Origin: Magnetospirillum sp. 15-1
GTDB taxonomy: Bacteria > Pseudomonadota > Alphaproteobacteria > Rhodospirillales > Magnetospirillaceae
Direction of reading: 5' to 3'
DNA length: 64,000 bases
NCBI RefSeq assembly: GCF_900184795.1
Contig: NZ_FXXN01000026.1
Location: 314,064 to 378,063 of the forward strand
Shown here: piece by piece, positions 15,004 to 25,180 of the stretch
How positions within the stretch are numbered: the stretch's first letter is position 1
Layout of the letters: each line of letters begins with the position of its first letter
Notes under the pieces: model-generated
Told to the model about the DNA's origin: nothing
The model's database searches: none
What the model saw: the letters and a program-made list of their open reading frames with translations, nothing else
Position numbers and translations under genes: made by a program

Positions 15004-17289
15004 TCATCCCATCCATTCCGTGAAGCGCCCGGTGATGAGGCTGGCCGCCCCGTTCATCAGGCGGAGGCCGATCTCGGCGACCTTGCGGTTCCGCCAGTCT
15101 TCCAGATCCGTGCCCTTGACCCAGGCGTTGAAGGCGCCCATGGCCGGGCCGGTGTGGATCTGGAAATTGACCTTCTGATCCATGGCGCCGTCGAGGGCCA
15201 AGCGCGTGGTGTCGAGGAAATACCGTTTGAACACCAGGGCCATCTTGAGCTTCGGGTTCCGTTCGGCCTCGGCCAGCGTGTCGGGCTCGTCCCTGGCGTA
15301 ATGATCCGCCGTCTGGCGCCAGACCTCGTCGAGGCCGCGGCCGAAGAAGCGGCTTTCCAACTGCTCGCGGGTTCGCGCGTCCATGTCGTCCAGGCCGTCC
15401 AGCCGGCGGTAAAGCTCGAACAGCTTGTTGGCGCGGGCGGGAAAGAACAACCCCTTGGCGGCGACCTGGACCTTGGCCCCCAGTTCGAACATGTCGCCCG
15501 CCGGCGCATAGGCGGTGTCGTGGATGTCGAGCGACACCAGGATATCCTTGACCGCGCCGCTGGTCGCCGCCTCGACCGTGCACTGGTTGACCGAGCCGGT
15601 GACCACGAAGTCCGCGCCCAGCATGAAGGCGGCCGCCGCCGCTTCCGGCGTTCCGATCCCCCCCGCCGCTCCGACGCGGATGGGCTCGGCCCAGGCCCGC
15701 TCCGCCATCACCCGGTCGCGCAGGCGCATGATGGCGGGAAGCGCGGTGACTAGGGAACGCTGGTCGGTATGTCCGCCTGAATCGGCCTCGACGCAGATGT
15801 CGTGGGCGATGGGCGCACGCCGGGCGCACCAGGCTTCCTCCTCGGTCAGTTGTTCCCGGCGCACCAACTGGTCGATGACCTCCTCGGGGGCCGGCGCCAT
15901 GAACTGGGCCGCTACTTCCGGCCGCGACACCTTGGCGACGACGCGGGTGGCGAGCGCCACGCCACCGTCGGGCAACCGCCTGGCCCCGGCGTATCGCAGA
16001 CGAACCAGCGGCGGAGTGACCTGGAGGAACGCGGCGGCCTCGACCGTCGGCACCCTGGCCTCCAGCAGCAGGTCCACCATCTCCATCTCCGCCGCCGGCC
16101 GGTCGGGCCGGCTGAGGAGATTGACGCCCCAGGGATGGCCGTGGCCCAGCGCGGCCCGGATCTCCTCTATGTCGCGCCGCACCTGTCCGGGATCGACGCC
16201 GCCGGTGCCGAGGAAACCCAGCAATCCGGCGCGCCCCAGGGCAATGACCATGCGGGGGCCGGCGATGGCCTTGTACATTCCCCCCGCCGCATAGGCCAGC
16301 CGGGTTCCGTGCGCCTCGCGGAACGCCGCCGAACCCAGCTTGCGGGCGTCGAGGCCGGAGGGCGGAGGCGGCGCGGCGGGGGCGGCCTCCGGCTCGGGGT
16401 CCGACCCCGCGTCTTCGGGCAGGGGCGCCGCCTGGATCTTCACCACCAGCTTGGCCAGCACGTCGCCCGGCCCCACCTCCTCGAAGGTCCGGGCGCCACG
16501 GGCCAGGGCGTACTGGACGCTCTCGACCCAACGGACCGATCCGGTGATCTGGCTGACCAACTGGCGGCGCAACACGGCCGCCGCCCCGCGAAGGGGATAG
16601 GGCCTCGCGGTGACGTTGGAGATCACCGGCAAGGCGGGGTCGGCGAAATCGAATCCTTCGGCGAAGGACGCGAAAGCCTCGGCGGTGGGGATCATGTGGC
16701 GGGAATGGAACGGGGCCGACACCGGCACCGGGATGGGGATGGCGCCCTCGTCCTGGAAGACGGCGGCGGCCTGGTCCAGCTCGCCCTTCAGTCCGGCCAG
16801 GACCGTCTGTTCGGCGGTGTTGAGGTTGGCCACGTCGATGCCCGACAGGCCATGCCGTGCCAATACCGCGCGGATGCGGTCCGTCGTCAGGCCGATGACG
16901 GCCAGCATGGTGCCGCCCTTGGCTTCGTTCATCAGGCGGCCGCGTTCGCGGACCAGCCTGAGCCCGGTCTCGAAGTCGAACACCCCCGCCGCGAACAGCG
17001 CGGTGAATTCCCCCAGGCTGTGCCCCATCACCATGGAGGGGGCGGCGGCGCCGTCCTCGAGGCGCGCCAGCCAAGCAAGGGCCGACACCGCGAACAACGC
17101 CGGCTGGGTATGGTCCGTGCGGTCGAGAAGCCCGTCGGCATCCCTCAGGCAGAGATCCGCCAGGGAATAGCCCAGGATGGCATCCGCCCTGGCCACCAAC
17201 TCGGGAAAGCGGGGGAACAGGCCGGCGCCCATGCCGACCCGTTGCGATCCCTGGCCGGGGAACATGCAGACGACCGTCATTCGCTCCAT
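15004..17289 (-). CDS. Trans-acting acyltransferase / enoyl reductase didomain protein (PksE-like AT-ER)
   Basis: N-terminal malonyl-CoA:ACP transacylase motifs (FPGQGSQ, GHSLGE). C-terminal FMN-dependent nitronate-monooxygenase/PfaD-like enoyl reductase part (GAAGGIGTPEAAAAAFMLGADFVVTGS). Start taken at MERMTVVCMFPGQGSQ (ATG complement at 17289). The longer ORF to 18147 is low-complexity and overlaps the PPTase. Confidence 0.85.
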   Translation of the reverse strand: MERMTVVCMFPGQGSQRVGMGAGLFPRFPELVARADAILGYSLADLCLRDADGLLDRTDHTQPALFAVSALAWLARLEDGAAAPSMVMGHSLGEFTALFAAGVFDFETGLRLVRERGRLMNEAKGGTMLAVIGLTTDRIRAVLARHGLSGIDVANLNTAEQTVLAGLKGELDQAAAVFQDEGAIPIPVPVSAPFHSRHMIPTAEAFASFAEGFDFADPALPVISNVTARPYPLRGAAAVLRRQLVSQITGSVRWVESVQYALARGARTFEEVGPGDVLAKLVVKIQAAPLPEDAGSDPEPEAAPAAPPPPSGLDARKLGSAAFREAHGTRLAYAAGGMYKAIAGPRMVIALGRAGLLGFLGTGGVDPGQVRRDIEEIRAALGHGHPWGVNLLSRPDRPAAEMEMVDLLLEARVPTVEAAAFLQVTPPLVRLRYAGARRLPDGGVALATRVVAKVSRPEVAAQFMAPAPEEVIDQLVRREQLTEEEAWCARRAPIAHDICVEADSGGHTDQRSLVTALPAIMRLRDRVMAERAWAEPIRVGAAGGIGTPEAAAAAFMLGADFVVTGSVNQCTVEAATSGAVKDILVSLDIHDTAYAPAGDMFELGAKVQVAAKGLFFPARANKLFELYRRLDGLDDMDARTREQLESRFFGRGLDEVWRQTADHYARDEPDTLAEAERNPKLKMALVFKRYFLDTTRLALDGAMDQKVNFQIHTGPAMGAFNAWVKGTDLEDWRNRKVAEIGLRLMNGAASLITGRFTEWMG

Positions 17290-18083
17290 CCCTCCAGGGC
17301 CGCCGCCGCCCGCGACAGCCAGCCGCCCCACGCCCCCATCCAGGGGGGCGTACCCACCGGCTGCACGTTGTGGGGCAGCACCAGCGCCACGGCCAGCCGG
17401 CCGCAAACCCGGCTGATTCCCAGATATTGGCCGAAATTGGTGAAATCGGCGCGGTACACCGGGCCATCGAGGGTCAGGCGGGAAACCTCCAGCAGCTCGA
17501 AGGGGACCGTCAGCCCGCAACGCAGAACCTTGGACAGGGCCTCCTTCAGGCACCAGAGGCGGGTCAGCCCCTCCTCGGCCGAGGCGGCGGCGGCCGTCGC
17601 CATGCTCCGCTCGGACGGGGTCGTCTGGCTTTCCATGGCCGCCAGGCGGTCCGGGGCGATCAGCTCCACGTCCACCCCCATGGGGCAGGCTTCGGGAAAG
17701 GCGACGGCCAGGGCCACCGGGCCGGCATGGGACAGGCTGACCTGCAGGTTGGCCGTGCCCGGCCCCGCCACCACGGGCTGTTCCAAAACCCCGGGGCGGA
17801 TGGCGACGGCGCGGGGGGCGAGACCAGGGACAAGCGCGGCCAGAGCGCCCTTGGCGGCATGGCGGCCCGCCAGAAGGCTGTGGCGCCGCCGGGGATGCAT
17901 CCGGTCGGTCAGCATTACCGCCTCGCTCGGATGCAGGAACGCGTCCCCCTCCCCCTCCAGCCAGCCGAACGGGGCCAGGGTGATGGCCGACGCCGCCCGC
18001 AACGGCCCCCGTTCGCCGTTCAGCCCGAACGGCTCGGCTTGGAACCAGGCGGGGGAGTCGTCGAGGATCGGGGCACCCGACAT
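17277..18083 (-). CDS. Sfp-type 4'-phosphopantetheinyl transferase
   Basis: 268 aa with PPTase motifs GVDVELIAPDR and WCLKEALSKVLRCGL (the W/FxxKEAxxK signature). The 3' end overlaps the AT-ER start by 13 nt. Confidence 0.8.
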   Translation of the reverse strand: MSGAPILDDSPAWFQAEPFGLNGERGPLRAASAITLAPFGWLEGEGDAFLHPSEAVMLTDRMHPRRRHSLLAGRHAAKGALAALVPGLAPRAVAIRPGVLEQPVVAGPGTANLQVSLSHAGPVALAVAFPEACPMGVDVELIAPDRLAAMESQTTPSERSMATAAAASAEEGLTRLWCLKEALSKVLRCGLTVPFELLEVSRLTLDGPVYRADFTNFGQYLGISRVCGRLAVALVLPHNVQPVGTPPWMGAWGGWLSRAAAALEGWSE

Positions 18084-18092
18084 GGCGGACGG

Positions 18093-20189
18093 CTAGGTCG
18101 AGGCGTGGTGGAGGAGGCGAACCGCCTCGCCGGTCTGCACCCGCCAAAGGCCGGCATAGATGCCTTTCCGGCGCAGCAGCGCCTCGTGCGAGCCGGACTC
18201 GACGATCCGCCCTTCCTCCAGGACGTGGATCATGTCGGCATTGCGCACCGTCGAAAGGCGGTGGGCGATCATCACCGTCGTCCGGTCCCGCGAAATGCGG
18301 TCGATGGACAACTGGATGGCGGCTTCCGTCTCGTTGTCCACCGCCGAGGTCGCCTCGTCGAGGATCAGGATGGGCGGATTCTTCAGCATGGTCCGGGCGA
18401 TGGAGATGCGCTGGCGCTGGCCGCCCGACAGCTTCTTGCCGCGCTCGCCGACGGCGGTGTCGTAGCCGTCGGGCAGCGCCTCGATGAAGGCGTGGGCCTC
18501 GGCGGCCTTCGCCGCTTCCACCACGTCCTCGAAGCTCGCGGCCGGCCGGCCGTAGAGGATGTTGTCCCGGATGCTGCCGTCGAACAGGGACACGTCCTGG
18601 CTGACGAAGCCGATGGCCCGGCGCAGGTCCGTGAGGTCGAGATCGCGCAGGTCCTTGCCGTCCAGAAGAACCGAGCCGCCGTTGACGTCGTAGAAGCGCA
18701 TCATCAGCTTGACCAGGGTGCTTTTGCCGGCACCGGTGGAGCCGACGAAAGCCACCGTCTGGCGCGGCGGGATCGTCACGCTGAAATTCCGGAACAGCGG
18801 ATTGTCGGGCCGGTAGGCGAAGTCGATGCCGTCGAAACGCACCATGCCCTCGACCCGGTTGGCGGGCAGTGGCGTGTCGCCGCCGACGATGGTGGGTTCG
18901 GCGCGGATGAGCTTCAGCAGCTCGGCGGCGGAGCCCACCGCGTTCTTGTACATGTCGTAGCCTTCGCCCATGCCCTCCATGCGCACCAGCAGCTTGGGCA
19001 CGAAGAACAGCAGCAAGGTGAACATGGACGGCGCGATGCTGTTGCGGGCCACCAGGAACCCGCCGGCGGTCATCGACAACGCGAAGGACAGCGAGATCAG
19101 CAAACGCATGACATCGGTATATTTCGAGCTGGTGGCCACGGCGCGGTCGCTGGTGTCGCGCACCCCCTGGCTGATCTGGAGCAGGCGGCCCACCTCCTGC
19201 CGCTCGGCGGTGAAGCTCTTGATGGTCGCCAGGTCGGTGAGGTTGTTGGACAGCAGCTTGTTGAGCCGGCTGTTGACCTCGGCCATCTCCTCGTAGGGCT
19301 TCTCGGTCTTGGTCTGGACGTAGCGGGCGCCCAGCATGATGATCGGCAACGGGACCAGGGCGGTGACCGCCAGGGTGGGCGAGACCGCCAGCAGGGTCAC
19401 GACGATGATCAGGGCCGTGATGGCCCGCTGGAGCATGTCGTCCGCCCCCGTCTCCAGAAAGCGGTTGATGGTGGCCAGATGCTCCGACAGGGTGCGGACC
19501 AGCGCCCCCGAGGACTGGTTCTCGATGGTCGCCAGATCCAGTTCCTGGACGTGGGCGTAGGTATCGACGCGGACGCGGTGTTCCAGATCACGCGCCATCC
19601 TGCGCCAGGCTTCCCGCTTCTTGCGCTCCACGACCAGTTCGGCGGCGAAGGCGGCGGCGGTGAAGGCGCCCAGGAACACGAGCTGCGCCGGCATCGACCG
19701 CAATCCCATCGCCGCCAGGAACTTGGGCGCATCCTTGTTGACCACGTTGACGATGGCTACCAGCCCCAGCTCGGGCAGGAAATTGACCACGTTGTTGACG
19801 ATGGACCACAGGGGAGCCTCCCGCGCGCCCCTGCGGTCCAGCTTGAACCGCGTGAGGAGTTCCCGCAGCGGGTTGCCCGCCGAAAGAAGGGCGGGGTGGA
19901 CGGTCTCCTCCTCCGGCCGCCGGCCGCCGGGGGCGGCCTCCCGGACGAGGCGGTCGAGGGCGTCGCGGATCACCCGGGCGCCGTTGACCGTGAGGGCTTC
20001 AAAGTGGAGGAGAACCCGGCCGGTGAGGTGATTGGCCCGGACGTCCCGGACGCCGGCCACGCCGCCCACCAGCGCCTCGAGGCGCTGGGCGAGGTCGCGC
20101 CGCCCCACAAGGCCAGGGATGTCCCAGCGTTGACGCCCGGGAATTTCTGAACGCAGGCGGAGATCGAAGATATCGGCGGCCATGCCCAT
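18093..20189 (-). CDS. ABC transporter, fused permease/ATPase (type I exporter) with an about 100-aa N-terminal extension
   Basis: 698 aa with six predicted TM helices, Walker [10 protein letters not shown], signature [16 protein letters not shown] and Walker [13 protein letters not shown]. Confidence 0.85.
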   Translation of the reverse strand: MGMAADIFDLRLRSEIPGRQRWDIPGLVGRRDLAQRLEALVGGVAGVRDVRANHLTGRVLLHFEALTVNGARVIRDALDRLVREAAPGGRRPEEETVHPALLSAGNPLRELLTRFKLDRRGAREAPLWSIVNNVVNFLPELGLVAIVNVVNKDAPKFLAAMGLRSMPAQLVFLGAFTAAAFAAELVVERKKREAWRRMARDLEHRVRVDTYAHVQELDLATIENQSSGALVRTLSEHLATINRFLETGADDMLQRAITALIIVVTLLAVSPTLAVTALVPLPIIMLGARYVQTKTEKPYEEMAEVNSRLNKLLSNNLTDLATIKSFTAERQEVGRLLQISQGVRDTSDRAVATSSKYTDVMRLLISLSFALSMTAGGFLVARNSIAPSMFTLLLFFVPKLLVRMEGMGEGYDMYKNAVGSAAELLKLIRAEPTIVGGDTPLPANRVEGMVRFDGIDFAYRPDNPLFRNFSVTIPPRQTVAFVGSTGAGKSTLVKLMMRFYDVNGGSVLLDGKDLRDLDLTDLRRAIGFVSQDVSLFDGSIRDNILYGRPAASFEDVVEAAKAAEAHAFIEALPDGYDTAVGERGKKLSGGQRQRISIARTMLKNPPILILDEATSAVDNETEAAIQLSIDRISRDRTTVMIAHRLSTVRNADMIHVLEEGRIVESGSHEALLRRKGIYAGLWRVQTGEAVRLLHHAST

Positions 20190-20428
20190 CAGTTGCCGCG
20201 ATCCCCCTCGGCGCGGGAACCGGCCGGCTGGCCCGCTGGGGGGGCATTCCGCTTGTCCAGGACGTCACGCCATTCGGCGCGAACATCCTCGACGTCCTCC
20301 TTGACGCCGCTCAGCCCACCCGCCACGCAATTGCACAGGCGGTTCACGATGCCCACCAGCATGGTCGGAGAACTGCGCGCCGCCATGAACAGCACGATCA
20401 GGACAACAAGCAACAGAGCCCAGAACAT
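20189..20428 (-). CDS. Hypothetical small membrane protein (about 79 aa)
   Basis: ORF 20189..20491. Preferred start MFWALLLVVLIVLFMAARSS (hydrophobic helix), preceded by GGGGGA 8 nt upstream. No recognisable family. Confidence 0.3.
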   Translation of the reverse strand: MFWALLLVVLIVLFMAARSSPTMLVGIVNRLCNCVAGGLSGVKEDVEDVRAEWRDVLDKRNAPPAGQPAGSRAEGDRGN

Positions 20429-20498
20429 GCGCTCGATCCCCCGAACATACCGCTGCCCGCCCCGCCTCGACGGCGGCGGGAGCGGAACCAACGGAAAT

Positions 20499-20816
20499 TC
20501 AGACGGCGGGCTTTTCGGCCGGCGTTTCCGCCTTATCGGCCGGAGCCTCGGCAGCGGCGGTCTCGCACTTCCTGAGGGGGCGGGCCGCGTCCACCACGTG
20601 GTCCCAAAGATACTTGTCGGTGACGGACTTCGAGAAACTGTCGGCCGCGACGATAATCAGGCCGGCCGGCCCCAGCAGCGCCTTGGCGCCCAGCCCGAGA
20701 ACGGTGTGGACGGCGCCGTTCACCAACTTCCCCTCCATCAGCAGGCTGACGCCCGGAAGGACGGACTCGCCCACGAGCTTCGCACCATTCACCAATGCGC
20801 GTACCGGTTCGGTCAT
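20499..20816 (-). CDS. Hypothetical small protein (about 105 aa) with Gly/Leu-rich hydrophobic core
   Basis: ORF 20499..20852. Likely start MTEPVRALVNGAKLV, with a GAGGGTGG RBS 6 nt upstream. No family assignment. Confidence 0.35.
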   Translation of the reverse strand: MTEPVRALVNGAKLVGESVLPGVSLLMEGKLVNGAVHTVLGLGAKALLGPAGLIIVAADSFSKSVTDKYLWDHVVDAARPLRKCETAAAEAPADKAETPAEKPAV

Positions 20817-20921
20817 CTTGCCACCCTCGGATAGATGAAATGAGCCTTCCACAGCAGCCAGCCGATCAGTTGCCCCTGTCGGGTCGCCACCTCGCCCTAA
20901 TGGTTATCACAAAACTAGGTC

Positions 20922-21956
20922 CTATGCACCTTGAGTTGTCCATCGCGAATGGAAATTTTCCGTCCTGGATCGGCCGTTTCCCTTTTCCTGGCGGTCAGGC
21001 GGGGCGCCTTCCCCGCGGACGGCCAGCGCCTTCGCCAGCCGTTCCCGCAATGCCGCCACCGAAGCCTGGCCCGGCGTCATGAGGCTGACCACCCGTCCGT
21101 CGGCCTCGGGGCCCAGGAGGTATCTGACGAAATTGGCCAGGGTGCCCGACGGCCCCACGTCGACGTAGAATTGCCGCCCCTCGCGCTCCAGCTTCCGCAC
21201 GGTGTCGGCGAAGAGGATCGGCTGGCGGACGATATTCCAGAGATGCCCCCGGGGAATGACCCTGCGCTCCTGGCCGTCGACGCAGGAAATCAGCGGCACC
21301 CGGGCCTCGCCAATCGTCACGCCGCCGGCCAGGCGGTCGAAAACCGCCTTGGCCGGATCGATGAAGGACGCGTGGAACCCGAAGGAAACCTCGAGACGCT
21401 GAAACAGGATGTCGCGTCCCGACAGCGCATTCTCCAGGGCGGCGAGGCGGTCCACGGGGCCGCTCACCACGAAATGCCGGTCGAAGTTGACGGCGGCCAC
21501 TTCCAGGCCGGCGAACAGGGCCGGTTCCTGCCGGGGCAGAAGGGCGTCGGCCAGGACGGCGGTCATCCCCCCCCTTGGGGCATGCGCCTCGAATCCGACG
21601 GCCTGGGCCTGGAGCAGGCGGAACATGAGTTCGGGCTCGACCGCCCCCGCGAACGCCATGGCCGTGTATTCGCCCAGGCTGGCGCCCAAGATGCGGTCCG
21701 GATGCACGCCCCATGAGCGAACCGCGTGGCACAGCGCCAGTTCGACGGCATAGAGCGTGGGATGGGTCCGCGTCAGCCGGTCGAACGGCGACGAGGCCGG
21801 GGAAACGGCATACAACTCGTCCACCACCGAAAAGCCGGCCTCGCGCTGGCCCAGATGGTCGGCCCAGAATATCCAGCGGCGGAAGACGGGATCTTCGTCG
21901 AACAGGGTGCGGCCCATGCCGCGGTAATGCGATCCCTGGCCCGACAGCAGGAACAC
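20922..21956 (-). CDS. Discrete trans-acting acyltransferase or acyl-hydrolase (second AT of the trans-AT system)
   Basis: 344 aa. N-terminal FLLSGQGSHY (the GQGSQ-like motif) and active-site GASLGEY, where the usual His of GHSxG is replaced by Ala and the catalytic Ser is kept. Non-ATG start: the codon at 21956 is GTG. The frame stays open upstream. Confidence 0.75.
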   Translation of the reverse strand: MFLLSGQGSHYRGMGRTLFDEDPVFRRWIFWADHLGQREAGFSVVDELYAVSPASSPFDRLTRTHPTLYAVELALCHAVRSWGVHPDRILGASLGEYTAMAFAGAVEPELMFRLLQAQAVGFEAHAPRGGMTAVLADALLPRQEPALFAGLEVAAVNFDRHFVVSGPVDRLAALENALSGRDILFQRLEVSFGFHASFIDPAKAVFDRLAGGVTIGEARVPLISCVDGQERRVIPRGHLWNIVRQPILFADTVRKLEREGRQFYVDVGPSGTLANFVRYLLGPEADGRVVSLMTPGQASVAALRERLAKALAVRGEGAPPDRQEKGNGRSRTENFHSRWTTQGA

Positions 21957-21994
21957 GACGGGCGCCGTTGCCGCCGAATTCGCGGGTACCGGTG

Positions 21995-22171
21995 TCAGGA
22001 CGTTTTCCCGGGGCCCCGGTCGGCCAGCAGGTGGCGCAGTCCGAACGTGACGAACGGCGTGAGGACGAGGCTGAGGACCAGCGCGCCCCAGAAGCCGACC
22101 CGGCTTCCCCGGGCCTCGAAGGAGACGAGAAGGGCCAGCGCAAGATAAAGAATGACGAAGATGGGCAGCAT
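21995..22171 (-). CDS. Hypothetical small two-TM membrane protein (58 aa)
   Basis: MLPIFVILYLALALLVSFEARGSRVGFWGALVLSLVLTPFVTFGL, with a GAGGGAGAG RBS upstream. Confidence 0.3.
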   Translation of the reverse strand: MLPIFVILYLALALLVSFEARGSRVGFWGALVLSLVLTPFVTFGLRHLLADRGPGKTS

Positions 22172-22203
22172 TGCACTCTCCCTCGCTTGATCGAATCTGC
22201 GCC

Positions 22204-23544
22204 TCAACGCTCCAGCCCCAGTGGCTGGCCGCTGCCGGTGGGACCGCCGAGTTTCGGCCAGACCACGCGGAAGCCCTCCTGGACCGGCGGCCGGTTGCGC
22301 AATCCCTCGTCGGACACCGTTTGGCGAATTACGCCGGGGTCCCCCACGCTCCGTTCGGCCAGCCCCTGTCCGGGCTCGCCGTCACCGGTGAAGGGGGAGA
22401 CGGCCCGGTCGCTCGAAAACCCCCGTGTCGCCTCCGGAGCCCGCGCGCCCCCCTTCGCCGGCTCTGGGGCTTTCGGCTCGGCCGGCGGCTTCGCAGGGGC
22501 GCCCTTGAGCGGAGAGCCCGGCAACGCCGCTCCATTCTCGTCCAGCCGCTCCTTCGCCTCGGGCACGATCACTCCCTCGGAGGTGACGTTGCTGTTGGGG
22601 AACAGGCGGGGCGTCCGGTCCCAGTCCGGCAGCGGGTTGGCCGCGGACGAGACCGGTGCGACGGCCCTGGGGGAAGGGAGGTTGTGGATGTCACCGCCGA
22701 GGATCAGCGGCATCTGGTCCTTGCCGCCGCCGACCACCACGATCTTGGAATTGGGCGAACGCGACAGTGCCACCGTCGCCTCGATCCCCCGCCAGGTGAG
22801 CAGATTGGGGGTCAGCGCCTGCGAGACGACGGAATAGAAATTCTGGATGCCGATCGCCTCGATGCGTTTGCGCTCGGCTTCCTGGCGCTCCATCTCCAGG
22901 CGGAAGATGTAGGACGCCGCCGACTGCTCCTGGGCCAGCTTGTCCTCGATGGCGCGGGCCATCGTCTCGGGCATGATGACCTTGCGCACGATGATGTAGT
23001 GGAAATCGATGATCTCGCCGTAGCGCGTCGCCTTCACCAGATCGTAGATCTGCTTTTCCAGGCTCCGGAAATCGATGGTGTAAAGCTCGTGCGTACCGAA
23101 CCGCGACACCATCTGGCGCACCGAACCCGTCACCAGCGGACGCACGATGCGATCCGCGAAATCGGGCCCCAGCTCCCGGACCAGGCGGCCGGCCCGCTTC
23201 GGATCGACCCGAAACACCGCCGAGATGTCGAAACGCAGATACAGGCCTTCCTGGCTGAGGACGGTGACCTCGTAATCCTGGGTCTGGACCCGAGTCTCGA
23301 CGATGTACATGCGGTTCCAGGGCCACTTCATGGCAATTCCCTCGCCATAGACCTTTTCGGCCCGCGTGCCGCCGAACAGCCAGGAATAAAGCACCCCCAC
23401 ATGACCGGGAAGAATGGTCACCACGATGTAGTTCCACAGCAGCAGCAGCAGCGCGGCCAAGACCAGGATGAAGCCGGTCGCCCAAGTGAAGAACCGCCGG
23501 ACGTCGCCTTCGGTCACGCGCTGATCGCGTTCATTCGCTTCCAT
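22204..23544 (-). CDS. SPFH/Band-7 (stomatin/prohibitin/HflC-like) membrane protein with a Pro/Ala-rich C-terminal tail
   Basis: N-terminal TM helix followed by an SPFH-domain pattern and a coiled-coil (ERQEAERKRIEAIG). Start taken at MEANERDQ (23544). The longer start at 23589 would overlap the downstream ABC gene by 59 nt. Confidence 0.7.
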   Translation of the reverse strand: MEANERDQRVTEGDVRRFFTWATGFILVLAALLLLLWNYIVVTILPGHVGVLYSWLFGGTRAEKVYGEGIAMKWPWNRMYIVETRVQTQDYEVTVLSQEGLYLRFDISAVFRVDPKRAGRLVRELGPDFADRIVRPLVTGSVRQMVSRFGTHELYTIDFRSLEKQIYDLVKATRYGEIIDFHYIIVRKVIMPETMARAIEDKLAQEQSAASYIFRLEMERQEAERKRIEAIGIQNFYSVVSQALTPNLLTWRGIEATVALSRSPNSKIVVVGGGKDQMPLILGGDIHNLPSPRAVAPVSSAANPLPDWDRTPRLFPNSNVTSEGVIVPEAKERLDENGAALPGSPLKGAPAKPPAEPKAPEPAKGGARAPEATRGFSSDRAVSPFTGDGEPGQGLAERSVGDPGVIRQTVSDEGLRNRPPVQEGFRVVWPKLGGPTGSGQPLGLER

Positions 23545-25180
23545 GGCAGGGGGGCTCCGGTGCGGTCTGGGGATCGACGATCCGGCCATCGCGCATGGTC
23601 AGCACCTGGTCGGCGACGCCGTAGGGGTTGGGGTCGTGGCTGACCAGGACGACGGTCTTGCCGGCGGCGCGCAGGTCGGGAAGGATTCGGGTATAGAAGC
23701 GTTCGCGAAAGGCGGGGTCCTGATCGGCGGTGAATTCGTCGAGCAGCAGAATCGGCCGATCCTCCAGCAGTGCGACGGCCAGGGCCAGCCGCTTGCGCTG
23801 CCCGGAGGAAAGCTCCAGCGTCGAAAACTGTCCCGCCGCGAATTTCACCCGGTCGGCCAGCCCCAGATCGGCAAGGAGGGCGTTGACCCGCTCCTCGCCG
23901 ACCTCGGCCAAGCCGTAAAGCCGGTCGAACAGATGGAATTCCGAGAAGACCGCGCTGAACAGGGTGCGGTAATCGGCGACATTGGCGTGGTCCACCAGCC
24001 GGCGGTTCCACAGGACGACGCCGGAATGGGGCTCGTATAGCCAGGTCAGCAATCTGAGGATGGTGGACTTGCCGCTGCCGTTGGCGCCCACCAACACAAC
24101 CACCTCGCCCGGCCGGATGGTCAGGCTGCACGGCCCGACGGTGAACTGGCTCCGCCCATCGCCGTCCCGATAGGAATGGACGACCTGGTTCAGCTCGATG
24201 AGGTCGAATTCCGAACCGGGCGACGCGGCGAGAAGCTCGGGGCCGTGACCTCCCGCCGCAAGGTCCGCCTCCAGCCGGTCCAGGCTGTCGAGGGCCAGAT
24301 TCGCCTTTATCAGCATGGGCAGCGCCCGCATCACCACGTTCAGGGTCGAAAGCAGGAAGATGACCACATAGGTCACCTTCACCGCCGTCTCGCGGCTTTC
24401 CAGGTGTTGGGGCAGGGCGAACACCACCGTCGCCAGCAGCAGAGAGAAGCTGAGGTGCGAGATGCTGAGGCCGTAATTGATCCGGCGCGACGCCGCGCGC
24501 TTCAGGTCCTGGGTCAAGGCCGATTGCATCGCCAGATGAACCTGTTGCAGGTCGTCCGCCCGCCTCTGGTGCATCTTCACTTCCTTGAAGCCGTCCAGCA
24601 GGTGGCGGAATCGGCCGAGGTAATCGGTCTCCGCGTCGCCGGCCGCCAGCAGGGCGGCGCGGCTGTTCCGCTGGCTGACCCGGTAGAAATAGACGGTGGC
24701 GGCGAACAGGATTGCGACCACGGCGAAGGCGAAGGGCGACAGCCACGCCACGTAAAGGCCGGTCAGAACCATGGCGATGCTGGTGATGGCGCCATGCATG
24801 ACCAGGGCGCTGGCCTCGGACAGCACCGCCGTGTCGCGGGCGAGCGTGGTGTAGATCCGCGCGATACCCACCCGTTCGATGGTCGCCAGATCGGCGTGGC
24901 GGACCCTTTCGGCGATGCGAAGCCGTAGAGACTGAAGCAGGCGTTCGGCCAGGGCCGAGGACATGTCCAGCGTCTGCGACTGGCCGCCGACGGACAGGGC
25001 GGTGGCCAGGACGAACATCACCAGCTTGGCGAAATCGATCTCGGAATTGATGGGGCGGTCGGCGACGCTGTTGACGATGACCGTGATGGCGGCGGTCCCG
25101 ACGGCCGACAGCACGATCGCCAGGACCAGCCCATCGCGTGAGCGGCTGCGACGACCGAAAAGGACCCGTAGAAACCGCAT
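23531..25180 (-). CDS. ABC transporter of the cyclic-peptide exporter family (SbmA/BacA/YojI/SyrD-like), fused TMD-NBD
   Basis: Walker A GANGSGKST, signature LSSGQRKRLAL and Walker B ILLLDEFTADQD. The TMD resembles YojI-type microcin/peptide exporters. Start taken at MRFLRVLFG (25180). A longer alternative start lies at 25249. Confidence 0.75.
   Translation of the reverse strand: MRFLRVLFGRRSRSRDGLVLAIVLSAVGTAAITVIVNSVADRPINSEIDFAKLVMFVLATALSVGGQSQTLDMSSALAERLLQSLRLRIAERVRHADLATIERVGIARIYTTLARDTAVLSEASALVMHGAITSIAMVLTGLYVAWLSPFAFAVVAILFAATVYFYRVSQRNSRAALLAAGDAETDYLGRFRHLLDGFKEVKMHQRRADDLQQVHLAMQSALTQDLKRAASRRINYGLSISHLSFSLLLATVVFALPQHLESRETAVKVTYVVIFLLSTLNVVMRALPMLIKANLALDSLDRLEADLAAGGHGPELLAASPGSEFDLIELNQVVHSYRDGDGRSQFTVGPCSLTIRPGEVVVLVGANGSGKSTILRLLTWLYEPHSGVVLWNRRLVDHANVADYRTLFSAVFSEFHLFDRLYGLAEVGEERVNALLADLGLADRVKFAAGQFSTLELSSGQRKRLALAVALLEDRPILLLDEFTADQDPAFRERFYTRILPDLRAAGKTVVLVSHDPNPYGVADQVLTMRDGRIVDPQTAPEPPCHGSE

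Noticed and set aside
14753-18147. Very long minus-strand ORFs (904 aa, 1047 aa) and plus-strand ORFs (15802-18096, 16610-17170) spanning ACP/AT-ER/PPTase
   Set aside because: The long N-terminal extensions are Gly/Arg/Pro-rich junk. The real genes start at internal Met codons where the conserved motifs (GQGSQ, MDGQMADH) begin.
17370-20150. 926-aa plus-strand ORF antisense to the ABC transporter
   Set aside because: No motifs and biased composition. The minus strand has Walker A/B and the ABC signature.
20499-20816. Possible magnetosome MamC-like protein (C-terminal KYLWD resembles the MamC KYAWD region)
   Set aside because: Similarity is confined to about 5 residues. The rest does not align with MamC/Mms13, and no other magnetosome genes are present. 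Kept as a generic hypothetical protein.
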